In this document: positions 30,957-53,760 of the stretch, piece after piece | How the letters are laid out: every line of letters starts with the position of its first letter | Position numbering within the stretch: the first letter of the stretch is position 1 | Assembly (NCBI RefSeq): GCF_009914755.1 | Contig: NC_060931.1 | Source of the DNA: the human T2T-CHM13v2.0 reference genome, Homo sapiens | DNA: 64,000 nucleotides | Direction: 5' to 3' (one strand) | Position numbers and translations under genes: made by a program | The notes under the pieces: generated by a model | What the model was told of the DNA's origin: nothing | The model's input: only the letters and a program-made list of their open reading frames with translations | Database searches by the model: none

Positions 30957-31995
30957 TAGTAGAACAAATATCTTTTCAGACACGTATATAGCATAAAATT
31001 ATTTCCTGAATAATGTACTCCATCAAAAATAGGGGAACAAATTCAGGGAAAAAGACATGGCGTATAAGAAACAAGGGCTCCAACTTGAGTACAAGAGAGA
31101 TGAAGGGAATACCCTGACTAATGGTGGGGACATATTTCAAGACAGGTCAGAAGCAGGTCAGAAGGCTCTAAGATAGGCTCAAGCAAGATTAAATACACAA
31201 ATACCTCATTTATCAACACTTCAATAACACGTTAATTAACATTGTGAGAGTTCAGAGATGAGTTACATAGAAAACTAAGCAAATGAGAAGACAATTAGAA
31301 GGTGTACAAGAAACGAAAAGTATTCATAAAACACTTCATGGGTCAGCCATAAAAAGTATTTATTTGGTCCTAAAACTGTAAGCACTGAACACTGATTCAA
31401 CCAAAAATTGACCCAACTGTATTAGGAGGATGGGGAGATAGGAACTATCCATGTGTGGGGATATGTGTGTGTGAGGGAGAGTGTGTGGACACCAAATCCT
31501 CATATTTCATTGCAATATGATAGATGCAATGCATTTAGACTGAAACTCTCATATTTACTTCTGAGAAGCAGAGGAAGCTGAGCAAAGTAAAGAATCACAG
31601 AGACAAGCCATATTTGTAGGAAGCACTTTGCCCTGCAGAAGAGAAGACATCATTGTGAAGAGTTCCACAGCTGCTTATCAAAGAAGATGGAGAAGAGTAA
31701 ATGCAAAATTCAGAGTCAGGTAAATGCCTGCTAAATAGGTGGGCACATGGCTCTGGGGTCCCCCTGCAAGTATATTCATCAAAATAGCTGGTCCAGGAAA
31801 ACTCTTCCTCAAAGATGAGCAACCACACAGACAACACAGGTGAGAGTCTATAGAAAATTAACAGAAGAGGAAAAAAAAAAAACAGAAGGGAAAGGAACAA
31901 AAAAATCAAATGGTGGACAGAGATTATCAATAGAAAATAGATAACTAGAATATTCTTGTATAGGAAAGCTATCACCAAACATTTTACTCTGACAG

Positions 31996-32414
31996 TGTAT
32001 TAGTTTGTTCTCACATTGCTATAAAGAAATACCCAAGAATGGGTAATTTATAAAGAAAAGAGGTTTAATTGGCTCATAGTTCTGGAGGCTGTAGACGAAG
32101 GGTGGCAGCATCTGCTGGACTTGTGAAGAATCCTCAGGAAACTTACAATTATGGTGGAAGGTGAAGGAGGAAGGGGGAAGCAGGCTCATCTTATATGGCC
32201 ACAGCAGGAGGAAGAGAAGCAGGGGAGGTGGCACACACATTTAAACAACCAGATCTCGTGAGAACTCACTCGCCACACAGTGCCAAGCAGGGGATTATGC
32301 TAAACCATTCATGAGAACTCTGCCCCCATGCACCAGTCACCTCCCTTACCCCCAGCAGTAGGGATGACATTTCAACATGAGATTTGGGTGGGGACACAGA
32401 TCCAAACCATATTG
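31996..32414 (-). mobile_element. MaLR solo LTR (MSTA/B-like)
   Basis: TGTATTAGT...AATTTATAAAGAAAAGAGGTTTAATTGGCTCA...GGGACACAGATCCAAACCATAT; exact 5-bp TSD GACAG. Confidence 0.88.
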
Positions 32415-32450
32415 GACAGAAAGGTAGAAAGTAGTGTTAGTACATTGATA

Positions 32451-32530
32451 TTAGGTCGGTGCGAAAGTAATCGCGGTTTTTGCCATTACTTTCAATGACA
32501 AAAAATGCAATTACTTTTGCATCAACTTAA
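32451..32530. mobile_element. MADE1 (Hsmar1-derived 80-bp palindromic MITE)
   Basis: TA|TTAGGTCGGTGCGAAAGTAATCGCGG...GCAATTACTTTTGCATCAACTTAA|TA: 37-bp TIRs with a short spacer and a TA TSD. Confidence 0.92.
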
Positions 32531-34629
32531 TATATTTAAGATATCATTTAAAGGTGATAAATCAAATAGTAGGAGTGAGTGTATTTTGCAATACCAAGTT
32601 CAACACAAAATGTAGAAAAAAACCCACTAATTTCATCATTGAATTATAGTATGAAATGATAGATGTGTTTCCAAAAATTAAAGGTTAAAGGCATAGAGTA
32701 AGACCCTGTCTCAAAAAAATAAATAATAGTAATTTAATTGTACATTTTAAAATAACAAAAAGAATATAATTGGATTTTTGTAACATGAAAGATAAATGCT
32801 AGAACAAAAATATAAGCCTTCCAAATTATTGGAAGTAACATACACAAAATAAAGCAAATGGAGAAGCTCATGGAGGATTTTTTTTTAAGGTTTAAAGGAG
32901 AGAGAATGACATGAAATAATGTGATAGGTCTATGCTCAAACATACCTCTGGTGTCAAAAATGCAAATAGGCTGAACTCACCTATTAAAAGAAAAAGACTG
33001 GCAGATTGGACCACAAAGCAAAATCTAACTCTGTGCTGTTACTTCTACTTAGAACAAAGTGATGCATAAATGTTGATAATAAAAAGATGGGCACTAGTAC
33101 AATTAGGCAAATGCAAATAAAAAGAGAGCAGGTGTCACAATCAAACAAGGTTGAATCCGGGTCAAAATCATTAAGCAAGTCAAAGAAACACACATTGAAT
33201 GATAAAGGATCCATTTCTCAATGAAGATATAACAGTTATGAATATGCAGCAAAGAAAATGGCATCAATATTCAAAAACAAAAACGGTAAGAGTCACAAGG
33301 ACAGTAGTAACAGAAGATTACAGGTCATGAGAGTTGACATGAAAAAAGGAGTAAAGCTTATAGGCAATCTAAATATCACAAATAATACAGACTAGATTGT
33401 AAATATAGCTTATGCCTTGAAAACAAAGGGTAGGATCCATAGCATGTTCAATAAAACTGGCTGTACCTTAGGTCACAAAGAAAATAACACTAAACACTTA
33501 CACAGGTGCTTACTATGCCCCAGCCATCCTTCTAAGCAATTCATGTATGTTAACTCACTTAATTCCAACAACTTATAAAAGTACATATATTATGATTCCC
33601 ATTTTGCAGATGGGGAGACTAAGGCACAGAATGGTTATATCTATCACTTTTGCCAAGATTGCAGAGAGCATGCTAGTGAGCAGCAGAGCTGGAGTTTAAC
33701 CCAGGCGGCCTCACTCCCAATCTGTGCTCTGAACCACTAGGCCAGAGACTTTTTTCCATAAAGTCTCAAAAGTAGAACCGCTGCAGATAGTTTCTAATCA
33801 CAATGCCCTAAAAGCAGAAGTTAATAGTAAAAACAAAAAAGCTTAAGAACTCTGCCACCTAAAATTTAAAAAGAAAAAAATAAATGAACGAACCAACAAA
33901 TCAACCAAAGAAACAAACAGTTAACAAACAAAAACTACCCATTAAGTTTTGGGTAAAAGACAATCCAAACTGGACTAGCGTTAAAGCTCAGAAGACAAGG
34001 TCTTTAATTTTTATATTAATAAACAAAAAAATAAAAATGAGTGACTTAAGGATCTTATCAAGAGGTTATAAAAACATAATTGAAATAAAAATAAGGAATC
34101 CACAAAGAAAAATAAAATGAAATTAATGAATTTACAAACAAAAAATGGTACTACCAATAAATAAGTGAAGGAGCTGGTTCTTTGAAAAAAAGGTAAACCA
34201 ATAAAACAGAAGAGCCTTTAAACAATCAAAAGAAACGAAAACATACAAAATATTACAGATCTTAGAAAAATTCATGGAAGTGGAAAATCCTGGTTAGAGA
34301 GTATGAACATTTATAATTTTGACAGATATTGCTGATTTGCCATATACAGAAGATTTTTCCAGTTTCCATCTCCACCAGCAATGAATGGAACTGATTGTTT
34401 CCTCACATGTTCAACAACACAGTATTAGCCATTTTTACAATGTGTCAACCTGAAAGATGAAAAGTAGTGCCTCTGTATAGTATTATAGACAAATGTCTAT
34501 TTTTTTTGTTTTGTTTTGTGGTTATAGCCTTTGCCAGAATTGGAATCTGTTTTGCTTGAGTCATGATAAGAAGTTGGAAGTTTTTCTTCCATGCTGTATT
34601 ACTTTAAATAATATTAAACCTATTTTTCT

Positions 34630-38248
<3,619 letters not shown>

Positions 38249-38307
38249 TTAAACCTATTTTTCTATAAATGCTTGGTTGGATTCCCCTGTGAAACTGTCT
38301 GGTCCTA

Positions 38308-45005
<6,698 letters not shown>

Positions 45006-46154
45006 AGATCCAATCTCTTTATGCCATTCCATGACCTGGCCCTTCGCTCCCTCTCAGATTCCATCTTTGCCCACCCTGCTCACTGCAGTTTGGCCACCCT
45101 CACCTTTCTTCCAACTCACCAAATCACCCCCTCCATAGGCTTCGTACTTGCTTTTCTTTCTCTCTGATACTCTTCCTTTGGATCTTCACAAGGCATTTTG
45201 GTCTTTAAACTTAAATGTTGTCAAGAAGGCATGAGTAACTTGATCTCACAGGGTATTTTATTATGTATTCATTTATTTGCTAAATAAAACAAGAGTGCCT
45301 GCTCTGATCTTACAGCATTACAGTTAAATAATATTAAAGGTATTTTGACTTTGCATTCTACAGGAATTGACTTTGACCTCTTCTCAGCCTCCTTGAAGAG
45401 CCCCCACTACCCAACAAAAGCATTTTGGATTTTCCAAATTTACATGGAAATGCATAAGTAGGTGTGCTCTACCCCTAGTCCCTAGTGACAAAATTACTTT
45501 CTCATCACCTGCTCAGTCTCTGCTGGAAGAGACTGAACTAACTTTCAAATTGGTGATCGCAGCCAATTAGAAGTTTGTGAAACAGTTTTGAGGATCACAA
45601 GCAGCATTTTAAAAACATGCAATATATTACAACAGAATCTTATGGAAAATATCAGAGTGTACCACACTGATCCTTATCCAGGAATACAGACACTGTAACT
45701 GCTGATGAAGAGAAGGACAGGGAGGGAGGGGTGACTGCAGTCACTGGGATCTCACTGGAACTCCTAGGTTCCTTTGTTGGACAGATAACATTGTACAGCC
45801 TAATTTTATGTTATCACAACTGCCCGTAACTTATGAAATGAAATAAAGGAGAATTTCATTCAGTGATTAAAAAACTCATAATTTTCAACTGGGTTACAGT
45901 GAAGAACTTTAAGTATGTTTTTGGGAAAGCACCATCAGTATGACATGTGTGTGTGAACTATGATATATTAAACTAGTATAAATTGCTCTCAAAGAGATTG
46001 TTTTATTATTAGAAGAAAAAGGAATAAGATAGTGAAAAATACAGAAACATATTCCAATTTAGCTGCTGGGTCTGGAATTATAATGGAAATACTAAGAAAA
46101 TGTTAACTCTATCATCAAACATTGACTTTACATCTCATTCTAAAAAGAAAAAGC

Positions 46155-48262
46155 TCCCCCTCTCCCTCTCCCTCTCCCTTCTTCGGTCTCCCTCTGTTGC
46201 TGGACTGTACTGCCGTGATCTCAGCTCGCTGCAACCTCCCTGCCTCGGGCTCCCGTGATTCTCCTGCCTCGGCCTGCCGAGTGCCTGGGATTGCAGGCAC
46301 GCGCCGCCACGCTTGACTGCTTTTTGTATTTTTGGTGGAGACGGGGTTTTACTGTGTTGACCGGGCTGGTCTCCAGCTCTTGACCTTGAGTGATCTGCCT
46401 GCCTCGGCCTCCTGAGGTGCTGGGATTGCAGACGGAGTCTCGCTCACTCAATGCTCAATGTTACCCAGGCTGGAGTGCAGTGGCATGATCTCGGCTCGCT
46501 ACAACCTCCACCTCCCAGCTGCCTGCCTTGGCCTCTGAAATTGCCAAGATTACAGCCTCTGCCTGGCCACCACCCCGTCTAGGAAGTGAGGAGCCTCTCT
46601 GCCTGGCCGCCACCCCGTCTGGGAAGTGAGGAGCGTCTCTGCCCAGCCGCCCCGTCTGGGAGATGAGGAGCGCCTCTGCCCGGCCGCCCCGTCTGGGATG
46701 TGAGGAGCGCCTCTGCCTGGCCGCCCTGTCTGGGATGTGAGGAGCGCCTCTGCCCGGCCGCCCATCGTCTGGGAAGTGAGGAGCACCTCTGCCCGGCCGC
46801 CACCCCGTCTGGGAAGTGAGGAGCGTCTCTGCCCAGCCGCCCCATCTGGGAGGTGAGGAGTGCCTCTGCCCGGCCACCACCCCGTCTGGGAAGTGAGGAG
46901 CGTCTCTGCCTGGCCGCCCCGTCTAGGAAGTGAGGACCCCCTCTGCCTGGCTGCCCCGTCTGGGAAGTGAGGAGCGCCTCTGCCTGACTGCCCCATCTGG
47001 CAGGTGAGGAGCATCTCTGCCCAGCTGCCCGTCTAGGAAGCGAGCACCTCTGCCCGGCCGCCCCGTCTGGGATGTGAGGAGCGCCTCTACCTGACCACCC
47101 CATCTGGCAGGTGAGGAGCATCTCTGCCCGGCCGCCCGTCTAGGAAGCGAGCGCCTCTGCCTGGCTGCCCCGTCTGGGAAGTGAGGAGCGCCTCTGCCCA
47201 GCCGCCCCGTCTGGGAAGTGAGGAGCGCCTCTGCCCCGCCACCCATCGTCTGGGAAGTGAGGAGCGCCTCTGCCTGACCGCCCCATCTGGCAGGTGAGGA
47301 GCATCTCTGCCCAGCCGCCCGTCTAGGAAGCGAGCACCTCTGCCCGGCCGCCCCGTCTGGGAGGTGAGGAGCGCCTCTGGCCGGCCGCCCCATCTGGGAG
47401 GTGAGGAGCGCCTCTGCCCGGCCACCCCGTCTGGGAGGTGAGGAGCGCCTCTGCCCGGCCACCCATCGTCTGGGAAGTGAGGAGCGCCTCTGCCTGACCG
47501 CCCCATCTGGCAGGTGAGGAGCATCTCTGCCCAGCTGCCCGTCTAGGAAGCGAGCACCTCTGCCTGGCCACCCCGTCTGGGAGGTGAGGAGCGCCTCTGC
47601 CTGGCCGCCCCATCTGGGAGGTGCAGAGCGCCTCTGCCCGGCTGCCCCGCCTGGGAGGTGAGGAGTGCCTCTGCCCGGCCGACCCGCCTGGGAGTTGAGG
47701 AGCGCCTCTGCCCTGCCACCCCATCTGGGAGGTGTACCCAACAGCTCCGAAGAGACAGCGACCATCGAGAACGGGCCATGATGACGATGGCAGTTTTGTC
47801 GAAAAGAAAAGGGGGAAATGTGGGGAAAAGAAAGAGAGATCAGATTGTTCCTGTGTCTGTGTAGAAAGAAGTAGACATAGGAGACTCCATTTTGTTCTGT
47901 ACTAAGAAAAATTCTTCTGCCTTAGGATGCTGTTAATCTATAACCTTACCCCCAACCCCGTGCTCTCTGAAACATGTGCTGTGTCAACTCAGGGTTAAAT
48001 GGATTAAGGGCGGTGCAAGATGTGCTTTGTTAAACAGATGCTTGAAGGCAGCATGCTCCTTAAGAGTCATCACCACTCCCTAATCTCAAGTACCCAGGGA
48101 CACAAACACTGCGGAAGGCCGCAGGGACCTCTGCCTAGGAAAACCAGAGACCTTTGTTCACGTGTTTATCTGCTGACCTTCTCTCCACTATTATCCTATG
48201 ACCCTGCCACATCCCCCTCTCCGAGAAACACCCAAGAATGATCAATAAATACAAAAAAAAAA
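46155..48262 (+). mobile_element. Full-structure SVA retrotransposon, SVA_A-like
   Basis: Short (CCCTCT)n head; antisense Alu-like region retaining CCTCGGGCTCCCGTGATTC (old-subfamily feature); GC-rich VNTR ~46555-47735; SINE-R; AATAAA 48244; poly(A); A-rich TSD ending AAAAAGC on both sides. Confidence 0.95.
46555..47735 (+). repeat. SVA VNTR (units of ~33-40 bp)
   Basis: About 30 tandem variants of GCCTCTGCCCGGCCGCCCCGTCTGGGAAGTGAGGAGC. Confidence 0.95.
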
Positions 48263-48751
48263 AAAAAGCACTTTTCCTGCAAATGAAAGTTTAATGCCTT
48301 CAAAATTAAAAGGACATCTGAGGCTGGGTGCGGTAGCTCACACCTGTAATCCTAGCACTTTGGGAGGTTGAAGTGGGCAGATCATGAGGTCAGAAGTTCG
48401 AGACCAGTCTGGCCAACATGGTGAAACCCCACCTCTAAAAATACAAAAATATAAAATTTCTAAAAATACAAAAATTAGCTGGGCATGGTGGCATGCGCCT
48501 GTAATCCCAGCTACTCAGGAGGCGGAGGAAAGAGAATTGCTTGAACTTAGGAGGCGGAGGTTGCAGTGAGCCAAGATCGCGCCACTCACTCCAGACTGGG
48601 CAACAGAGCAAGACTCCATCTCGGGAAAAAAATAAAAGGACATCTGAAAATTTAACATGATGAACTTGTCAATAAGCCCCTCAAATATGTTCCTAAAAAA
48701 GTGGGGGGAGTAGAGTTATTGGCACAATTTCTCAGTTTTTCCACAAACCTT

Positions 48752-49145
<394 letters not shown>

Positions 49146-49500
49146 GCTGTTCCGCAAATCTTAAGGAGAAAGACAATCAGTGTGCAAAAGAAATATGGGT
49201 CATAGTAAGGGCTGAAAAACTTCATCCAGTATTTATGGGTATGGTGCACATGCTTTCAGTGACAAATCAGCTGATAAATGAAAAACTATACTTCTTGGCA
49301 AAAACACAGTATCAGTGTATTACCTACCACAGAATATTTACAGCAACAATAACTATGATGTAGTAACAGTCCAACTTGCTGAGAGTACTAATACTGAAAG
49401 TTGCATAATATTTTCATGCCAGATATGTGTAGCAAGATAATTTTATAGAGGAATTATTGACTGTATAGAGAAAAATATATTCAGAATTTTAAAATAGTTC

Positions 49501-50560
<1,060 letters not shown>

Positions 50561-51581
50561 AAGAGAATAAATTATTACAGCTTAGTACTTCATTTACACA
50601 GAGAAATGATTGTCGGGTATGCAATTTATCATGATGTCAGACTAAGATTAAAGAAGAATTTATTACTATGCAGAACATGCATACGCATTATTACTATTCA
50701 TGACTGCCTATATATCTGAACTAGGGTTTTCAATTTTGATCAGTTTAGAAGAAGAAAAAGATCAGGCACCACAGTGGATCAGATGTTCATGTACCACTGT
50801 CCTAATGAATTCTGGAGTGCAATAAACCTATGATCAGGCAAGAACTTCCATGGCATTAAATAAAATCTTTCCTAATTTGCTTCTATATGATGTTAACATT
50901 TTTTTCTACACTGTATTATAAAATATTTTATATTAAATTAACTCTGTTGCGTCTGTTGCTTTTACTTTATCCTAAGCAGTAGGTAAGTATTGTGAAACTT
51001 ATATTTCACATATGCACATATGTGTTATGTATATATGGGTGTATATTCTAGGTTACAGTGTAAAATGTCTTACTGTGGGTTATGGATCAAAAAGTTGGAA
51101 AACTCAGTGGGTGAGAAGTTAGAAGATAATGTTGGATAAGTAACACACCTGTAGAAGGATTTGGCCCACAGACCACCAGTTTGCAGTCTCTGAGCTAAAT
51201 TGTGGAGGATATTGAATATGAGTATACATACATAGAACTCAGTTTGTAGGTAAGTTGCAGCCAGAACAGAGAACGATATAATAAAAACTCTTTTAGAGAC
51301 ATTAATATGACCCCGTCTCAAGACTGGTGGGAACAGAGACTGAAGGCAGAAAGGTCATTTAAGTATCACTAAGGCAATCTAAAAATGAGACCCGAATTCA
51401 GAATCAGAAAAGGAGCAATAGGGAAGGAGATAATGTAGGTAAAACATGGCGCCGAGTAGAAAAGATAGGGTTTTAGAGCTGGGAGAGACCTTTGGAATCA
51501 TAGATTTCATCACCATCTTCGTCCAAGTAGGGAAAGTAATAACAGGAGAGGAAAAAACGGAACCCTCTCAGAATTTGTCAA

Positions 51582-51589
51582 TGACGTCA
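51582..51589. promoter_or_regulatory. Full palindromic CRE (TGACGTCA) upstream of the UBN2 island
   Basis: Exact TGACGTCA. A second YY1-like AAAACATGGCG lies at 51441-51451. Function is not demonstrable from sequence. Confidence 0.4.
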
Positions 51590-51974
51590 CACTGACTTAA
51601 TAAAAGAGCTTTCAATAGTTAATGCAATTAACAGAAGGCTTGGATTCCCTTCAGGATGTGAAGGGCGAGCCCTCAAATTTACTTTTTATTCAATGGATTA
51701 AAATGGCCAGTAATTCTTATCCTTTTAAACCCGACTTCCAATTAATTAATTACAAGTGAGCCTATGGGGCGTGCCCAATCAATTCCTTCCCCATCCTGAA
51801 ATGGGTCCTTTAGCATTCTCATAAACAGTACGTTTCCTGAAATACCACTAAACCCTCTTAAGAAGTTTTCTATGATTTCAGCAGTTTAGGCCTTCTGAAT
51901 GAGCCCAGAACTCCTCATCTGCTTGTTAATTTTCCAACTGCAAAGCGTTATTGAACATTTAATGACCCTGCCCC

Positions 51975-53760
51975 ACGCAACGCCCACTGCGGCCGGGCGA
52001 GGGAAACCGGAGTAGGTCGAGGAAGGGGAGGCCTGCGCTTTCGGGAGGGAAGCCGCTGGGGCTAGTCTGGCTGAAGCTGGGCACTTCCTTTTTTCCCTCG
52101 ATACTTAAGGCTACGGGGACACAGGGCGGGCAGGCACAACGGCTGGCGCGTCTCTCTACCCTTGCCCAGAGTCCGCCTTGAATAATCAGCTAACAACCCC
52201 AATTCCCTTGAACCCAGCACGGGAGACCCGGCGCCAATGGCTAGGTCGGTCTCAGTCCCATCCCGATGCTAGCCCCGGGAAGCTCCTGGAGCGCCTCTGG
52301 TTTCCGGGTGCGAATAGTAAACTGCTCGGGAAACCCCAGAACCCTCCCTTTGAGGAAGGGTGCAGACGGCGTCTCCGTTTCCACGGAAACAGGCCGAGCC
52401 ATGTCGTCACTTCCGCCGACCTGTCTGGACTCCAGACTGTTGGGAGGAAAAGAGGAAAACTGAGCAACAGCCACGACAGTGGACGCGAGCGTCTCCTCTG
52501 TGCGCATGCGCCCGCTCAGCGGCCTGCTTCTATTTATGTGGGGGATCCAACATGGCGGCCGCGGCGACCCTGGCGATGGCGGTGAAGCCCATCAGAACGT
52601 AGTAGCGGGGAAGGGGACACGGTCCGCACTCACCGTGGCGCCGGCGGAGACGGCTGAGGGTGGTGGAGGGAAGAAAAGCGACAGAGAGCAAGAGGAAGGG
52701 CGGGCAGGCACGCAGCGCGCCGTAGAAGCGAGCGCCGGCTCGAGCAAAAGCGGAGGGCCAGAACAGTGGGGATGGCGGAGCCGCGCAGAGTAGCGTTCAT
52801 TAGCTTGTCACCGGTGCGGCGGCGCGAGGCCGAGTACCCGGGGCCCGAGCGTGAGCCCGAGTACCCCCGCGAGCCCCCCCGGCTGGAGCCGCAGCCGTAC
52901 CGCGAGCCGGCCCGGGCGGAGCCGCCGGCCCCGCGGGAGCCTGCCCCCCGCTCGGACGCGCAGCCCCCGTCGCGGGAGAAGCCGCTCCCCCAGCGCGAGG
53001 TCAGCCGCGCCGAGCCGCCCATGTCGCTGCAGCGGGAGCCCCCGCGGCCCGAGCCGCCGCCGCCGTTCCCGCCGCTGCCCTTGCAGCCGCCCCCGCCGCG
53101 GGAGTCGGCTTCCCGGGCTGAGCAGCCGCCGCGGCCGCCGAGGGAGACGGTGCGCCTGGAGCTGGTGCTTAAGGACCCCACCGACGAGAGCTGCGTGGAG
53201 TTCAGTTACCCGGAGCTGCTGCTGTGCGGAGAACAACGGGTACAGAAGATTCTTCCCTCCTGCCCCAGACCCCGGGAGCCTCAGGACCCGCCGCCTTCCC
53301 CAGCTGGTTTGCACCTTGGGACGCCCACCGAGCGCGTCCGGGTCGCCCCGAGGGTGGGGTGCGGGGGGCCGGGGCCGAGCGGGTGGACGGGGCGGTGAGC
53401 GCTGCTTTCTCCACTCCCCAGGGTGGCCGAGGCTCTCACCCGGCTGCGCCGAATCCCCAAACCCCCGGCACTCGCTCCCAACGCCGCGCCGAGCTCGTTT
53501 TCTTGTGCACCTTTCGGAACCTCAGATTTTCCTTCTTTCCTTTCTGCTCCCCACACAAAATCCTGGGGCCCTGCAGGCCGTGTGGCTGGGTTCTCCCTGT
53601 GGCGCTACAGCTGTCGTTCCAGTAGAAAGGAAGAGAAAACCTTGGGGGACACGCCCCCCAGTCTGAAGCAGAGATTGTGTAACCCCTCTCGTATCATCCT
53701 CATCCTCATCACTGTTTGTTTTGCTGGGCGCCGTGGCTGCTGAGGTGTGCTTGCGTGCCT
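51975..53760. promoter_or_regulatory. UBN2: CpG island / TATA-less promoter of UBN2
   Basis: Abrupt GC- and CpG-rich block. CCAAT ~52234, ETS/GABP CACTTCCG ~52408, NRF1 palindrome GCGCATGCGC 52502-52511, YY1-type CAACATGGCGGC 52548-52559, and GC boxes. Confidence 0.9.
52772..53239 (+). CDS. UBN2: UBN2 (ubinuclein-2, HIRA/H3.3 chaperone subunit) coding exon 1, 156 codons
   Basis: gggATGG Kozak; MAEPRRVAFISLSPVRRREAEYPGPERE...TVRLELVLKDPTDESCVEFSYPELLLCGEQR, which includes an NHRD-like motif; donor CGG|gtacag; joins exon 2 in frame. Confidence 0.95.

Noticed and set aside
46555-47735. CRISPR-like array of ~37-bp repeats
   Set aside because: No unique spacers, no cas genes, primate DNA; it is the SVA VNTR.
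46461-47864. Long repetitive ORFs (139-280 aa) on the minus strand
   Set aside because: They are translations of the stop-poor GC-rich SVA VNTR in several frames, with no gene structure.
53240-53398. C-terminal 52 aa of the 210-aa ORF as part of UBN2
   Set aside because: Intronic read-through beyond the in-frame donor at 53239.
52178-53743. Overlapping 100-271-aa ORFs in alternative frames and on the antisense strand
   Set aside because: Expected by chance in a very GC-rich CpG island; only the MAEPRR frame splices to exon 2.
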